Part shown: positions 52,034 through 56,410 of the stretch, one piece after another
Layout: every line of letters begins with the position of its first letter
Numbering within the stretch: position 1 is the first letter of the stretch
DNA from: Octopus bimaculoides
Taxonomy: Eukaryota
Length of the DNA: 56,410 nt
NCBI RefSeq assembly: GCF_001194135.2
Contig: NC_068988.1
Span: forward strand, 94,713,239 to 94,769,648
Direction: 5' to 3'
Translations under genes and position numbers: made by a program
Notes under the pieces: model-generated
What the model saw: the letters and a program-made list of their open reading frames with translations, nothing else
Told to the model about the DNA's origin: nothing
Databases searched by the model: none

Positions 52034-52080
52034 ATAGTGGTGGTGGTGGTGGTGGTGGTGGTGGTAGTAGTAGTAGTAGT
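51951..52080. repeat. Compound trinucleotide repeat (TAT)n(TAG)n(TGG)n(TAG)n
   Basis: Directly visible. Confidence 0.97.
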
Positions 52081-54044
52081 CCGAAATAGCGGATGTAAGG
52101 AGAGGAGCAGTCAAAACAGTGAACAAAAGTGTGTGAGTGAGCGAAAGAGATAGCATAGAGGCAGCTGAAGAGATAAGGGTGGTGGATTTCTGGTACATGC
52201 ACAACAGTCTGTGATTAGCTGAGGAAGTCTGATTTAAACCTGCTTCGAAGCCTGTTTTGGGACAACACTGAAGCATTCCACGGTGTTTAGATTACAGGGT
52301 TTTCTTTTTTGTTCCTCATCAAAGCACTTGTTAGTAATGCTAAGAAATTTATTCTCTTTCTGGGTGTAATAACCATTAGGTTAATCTAATTTCATTTATT
52401 TTTACGTATGACTAAGATCATTACATAATCAATATATTGATAAATTAGAGTGTTCATACAGCCAGATTACGTTTTATAAAATTCGTTACAAAATTCATTG
52501 TCAAGAAGACATGAAATATTATAATCACCCAGTTGGTCTCATTGTCTTATTTTCCATTAGCGCTAAAATAGACCTAGAACAGACACTTAGTTATTGAGAT
52601 TTATTTCATTAGACTTGCTTACAGTCTAATGAAACAAATAATTCTCGGTCTCTGGGAAGAACAGTAGTAAAGCCCTTAAGGTAGTATCAAAGACTGCGGA
52701 GAGATGTTCCAGCAGAATCTGGTCTAGGAGAAACATAAACGACTGCCATGCAAAAAGAGAATAAAATGAAAGAGCGATATGGTGTTTTTGGTGATGAGGT
52801 GAAGCAAACGAGTCTGAAAGTAGGTTGAGTATAATAGAGGTTGTAAAAATACAAACAGTTTCGAGAAGGCGGTTGGACGAACAACACGGATTCTCTGTGA
52901 ATTTTACATTATACGTTGACCATCAATGTTGAATTCAAAGAGCATCCACTCAGATAATATTCTTGTCCCTTAGAAAACAGAATAACAAATAATTTTTGGA
53001 TATCATTTAACAATTGTTGTTTCATTTAATATATTGAATCATGGTTTCCATTGATTGACTGACTGATTGGTTACAGAACTTACGTGAAGATCGATTCTCA
53101 AAGTCTCAGGACGCAAAATGCATGACTTCGGTTATTGAGTACTTCTGATATTGTTATCTGGGAGCTGCACCACCGAACGAAACTAACTTAAAATTGGAGC
53201 CAACAAGAGATCTTCAATCTTTATTTTTTTTTTTTTTTCTGCAAGGTTTAGCAATTTCATCTCCTTCAAAAGCCTTAAATAATTAAGAAATTCTTGATTC
53301 ATAAGGTATTAACCAAATCAAAATACAGGGCTGGAATGTTTTTGGCCATAAGTCTATAATATCAAGCTGAATTGTGTCTTAGCAACTACATTTTTACAAC
53401 TACGTTGACTGTACCATTACGTGTTCATTATATTATCCATAAGAACCGGGTAATGGTGGTGTGGTGGTGGTGGTGGTGGTTTTGGTGGCGGCGGTGATGT
53501 AACTAGAACTGTGAACGTTTTGGCTGATAGGTGTCACCCTTATGAGACATAAAGCTGCAACAATCTTTCAGCTATTAAATGTTCTATTAACCTTTATATT
53601 CTACTATTGATCTCGCTATCAATATCTAATGACGTTGCTGCCTTCTATTTTGCTATTCTAATATACTGACAGTCGTAACTAATGGTTTTGTTATCTTACT
53701 GTCTTCTGTAATTGATCTTTTTCTTACTAATTATTGAACCAATTTTACTATCTATAATGATGTTGCTATATCTGTTGCCATCTCTATACTTGTGCCATAA
53801 ATATTCATGTGTCTACCATCACAAGGGGTGGATGGTATTGCTGGCCTAAAGGTTACAAGTAATCTTTTTAGTTTACAAAACAAGACGGACTCGTTGTTGA
53901 AGTTATTTCCCTTTAATTACTTCTCTAATGGATTTGATAAAGGCAGGAACATTACAAAGGGTCCTCACTAACTTAATGTTACTTATTGTTCACGCATTTA
54001 CCTCAGAACATAGATCTGAAACCCTTTTAAATAATTTCAAGTAA

Positions 54045-54470
54045 AAGCGTAGGAGTGGCTGTGTGGTAAGTAGCTTGCTTACCAACCACATGGTTCCGGA
54101 TTCAGTCCCACTGCGTGGCAGCTTGGGCAAGTGTCTTCTACTATAGCCTTGGACCGACCAAAGCCCTGTGAGTGGATTTGGTAGACGGAAACTGAAAGAA
54201 GCCCGTCGTGTATATGTATGTATACATATATATATACATGTGTGTGTGTGTGTGTGTTAGTATGTCTGTGCTTGTCCCCCAACATCGCTTGACAACCGAT
54301 ACTGGTGTGTTTACGTCCCCGTAACTTAGCGGTTCGGCAAAAAGAGACCGATAGAATAAGTACTAGACTTATAAAAGAATAAGTCCTGGGGTCGATTTCT
54401 TCGACTAAAGGTGGTGCTCCAGCATGGCCGCAGTCAAATGACTGAAACAAGTAAAAGAGTAAAAGAGTAA
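54045..54470 (+). mobile_element. tRNA-derived SINE group B, full length, with internal (TA)/(TG) microsatellite
   Basis: A-box-like TGGCTGTGTGG and B-box-like GGATTCAGTCCC, CORE-like ttgggcaagtgtctt, internal microsatellite at about 54210-54257, 3' half cgtaacttagcggttcggcaaaa...ggtgctccagcatggcc, tail (aaaagagt)x2. Confidence 0.92.
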
Positions 54471-54956
54471 ATAGTCAGCACCAAATATTAAAAAATTAAT
54501 ATTCATCCAATGGTTATGTCACTATTTCATTGACTCTCTTGACACATCGGTACATCGACATTATTTAGTGCCTTTATTGCATATCTTTTGTTTTGTTTTG
54601 TTTTTTTGTCGCTGCTTTTTTTTCTTTTTTACTTTGTGTTGTCACCCTGCATTGTTATTGTAATGAAAGCATTGTCCATTGTTTGCATTCCGCTGTCTGG
54701 TGCCCAGAGTTTAAAACGTCCTTTGTACAAATTTTAGTGATACACTTTATCTGTGATCTGAGTTAAAGCAGTCACCTAGTCCTTAGCTCTTTCTGCTGGC
54801 CCTGTAGATTGTCCTGTGCACAACCCTCCATCGTATCTTGGTCATATAAAAAAAAAATACTGACTAAACAAATATCAGTCAATACCTATGTCCTTATGTA
54901 GTACTTTGATAATGTTGCTAATAAGACATTGATATAGTGAACAATATCAATACTGA

Positions 54957-55092
54957 CCTGGCAGAATCCTTAGCACGCCGAACAAAATGCTTAGCTGCAT
55001 TTGGTCCGGTTTTACGTTCGAGTTCCAATTCCGCGAGGCTGACTTTTCCTTCCGTCCTTTCGGTGGATGTAATTGACCAAAATTTGAAATCA
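54957..55092 (+). mobile_element. SINE group A, diverged and deleted
   Basis: ctggcagaatccttagcacgccgaacaaaatgcttagc...ttacgttcgagttccaattccgcgaggctgacttttccttccgtcctttcgg. Confidence 0.75.
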
Positions 55093-55095
55093 ATA

Positions 55096-55289
55096 TTAAC
55101 CCATTAGTATTTAGACAGGACATATCTGGGTTTTTCCAACCCAAATATTCTTCTTGTTTTATGCTCAAACCAGCCGGATCTGGCTTCTCACATCTACCCT
55201 AAAATACCATTCCAAAATAATAAATTTAAAACAATGGTGAATGAACAAGCATTGCATTTCATAGAAGAATCTGAATGCTAAAGAGTTAA
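55096..55289. mobile_element. piggyBac-like MITE with TTAA target duplication
   Basis: Left end TTAA-cccattagtatt (55096); right end aatgctaaagag-TTAA (ends 55289). Counting the TTAA, the ends match as an inverted repeat at 13/16 nt. 186-bp non-coding interior. TTAA TSD and CCC-starting TIR are piggyBac hallmarks. Confidence 0.7.
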
Positions 55290-56094
55290 TGCCGATTTCC
55301 AAAAGAGACACCCAGCCTCAAATTCTAGGAACGAGTACAATCGATTATGATCGATCACAGTTAGTAGCAAGTATATATACATATATATATANNNNNNNNN
55401 NCATTTATTGAAATTTAAAAAACTGTTTTGATCCTATATTTCATTTTCAGTTCCGCCATCATCACATCGAAAAAGCATTTGAAAACATATTTGTATCAAT
55501 ATTTGTTGTCGACGAGTTTGGAGAGTTAGAAAATATAATTTAAATGTTTATGTTTTTCTTGTGTGTGTTTGGTTTCATTTTCAATTTCTAACACTCAATT
55601 ATTCTTCAGAATTACTGTGCATAGGTAAAAGAAAAAAAAGAAAAAAGAAAAAAAAGATCACTAATCCTTACCTTTTAAACTGAGTCTATGCGTGTACATA
55701 TCTATGATTATACAGGAAAATATTTGTATAAAATTTTCATTCTCCTAAATTAAATATCATCTTCAAAGTAAATGAATAATTTATCTATACTTGCTTGTAT
55801 CTGAGGAAAGTATATTTTACTTAGCTATTTCTCGAGTAATTTTGGTGATAAAACACAATTGAAGGTTCATCAAAAAGGCCAGTGGAGATCGACGATGTCG
55901 AAAAGAACGAAAATCAAATAACGTCATAATGAGGACCATGTTGACATTAATTTTCTTCCATTTTTTTTTCTTTTGGCTTCTTTGAACGATGACAGTAACT
56001 ACTAAAGAATGACGTTATGTCATATCTATAAGCAACAACTACACGTGAATACATATACATAAATACATGTTCATTTAGATGTAGCTTACTTGAC

Positions 56095-56235
56095 TCCCTT
56101 TATTTTTTATTTTTTTATTTTTTTATTATTTATTTTTTATATTTTATTTTTTATTTTATTTATTTCTATTTTTTATTTTTTAGTTTATTTTATTTTAAGT
56201 TTTATTTTTATTTTAAGTTTATTCTTACTTTTTTA
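56095..56235. repeat. T-rich low-complexity tract (TTTA/TTTTA-like)
   Basis: Directly visible. Confidence 0.9.
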
Positions 56236-56410
56236 CATGAATATCTGTGTATGTCTTTTTATGGTATTGTATTGTTCGTAACCACCAACTTAACACTACA
56301 CACTGAATCGTCGCAAGGTATGGAAGGTTTTCGAAGGACCGGAGAGATTATGTCCGGGCGGAGAATTATACCAGATATAGTACTATACAAAATACCGAAA
56401 GGATCTTCAC

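Noticed and set aside
52219-52250. CTGAGGA…GAAG hammerhead-like string
   Set aside because: GAAG instead of GAAA, weak stem II, and no stem I or NUH arrangement.
56326-56338. aggtatggaagg shared with about 4397
   Set aside because: An isolated 12-mer with unrelated flanks; many such matches are expected in 50 kb.

Overview
Eukaryotic, AT-rich, repeat-dominated DNA from a gapped short-read draft assembly: 16 N-runs, about 5.2 kb in total, nearly all abutting microsatellites, mostly (AT)n. The repeat content matches what I recognise from Octopus (coleoid cephalopod) genomes; the species assignment is inference. No intact protein-coding gene, rRNA, true tRNA or CRISPR array is supported, and almost all ORFs in the track are microsatellite or gap artefacts. 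The window looks intronic or intergenic. It contains three tRNA-derived SINE groups (about 30 copies or fragments, five with visible target-site duplications), a dead mariner DD34D transposase remnant, a dead hAT Buster/Charlie-type remnant, a TTAA-flanked piggyBac-like MITE, a Tigger-like end, and an unclassified ~1.1 kb element bounded by inverted repeats. The most interesting signal is a dispersed ~170-200 bp repeat (five copies, two forming an inverted pair at 20.9-21.2 kb). It carries a minimal type-I hammerhead ribozyme motif of the kind known from Penelope-like elements and retrozymes; each copy here has at least one damaging change or truncation. A few unique islands have strong splice signals or clustered transcription-factor motifs and are flagged only as candidates.
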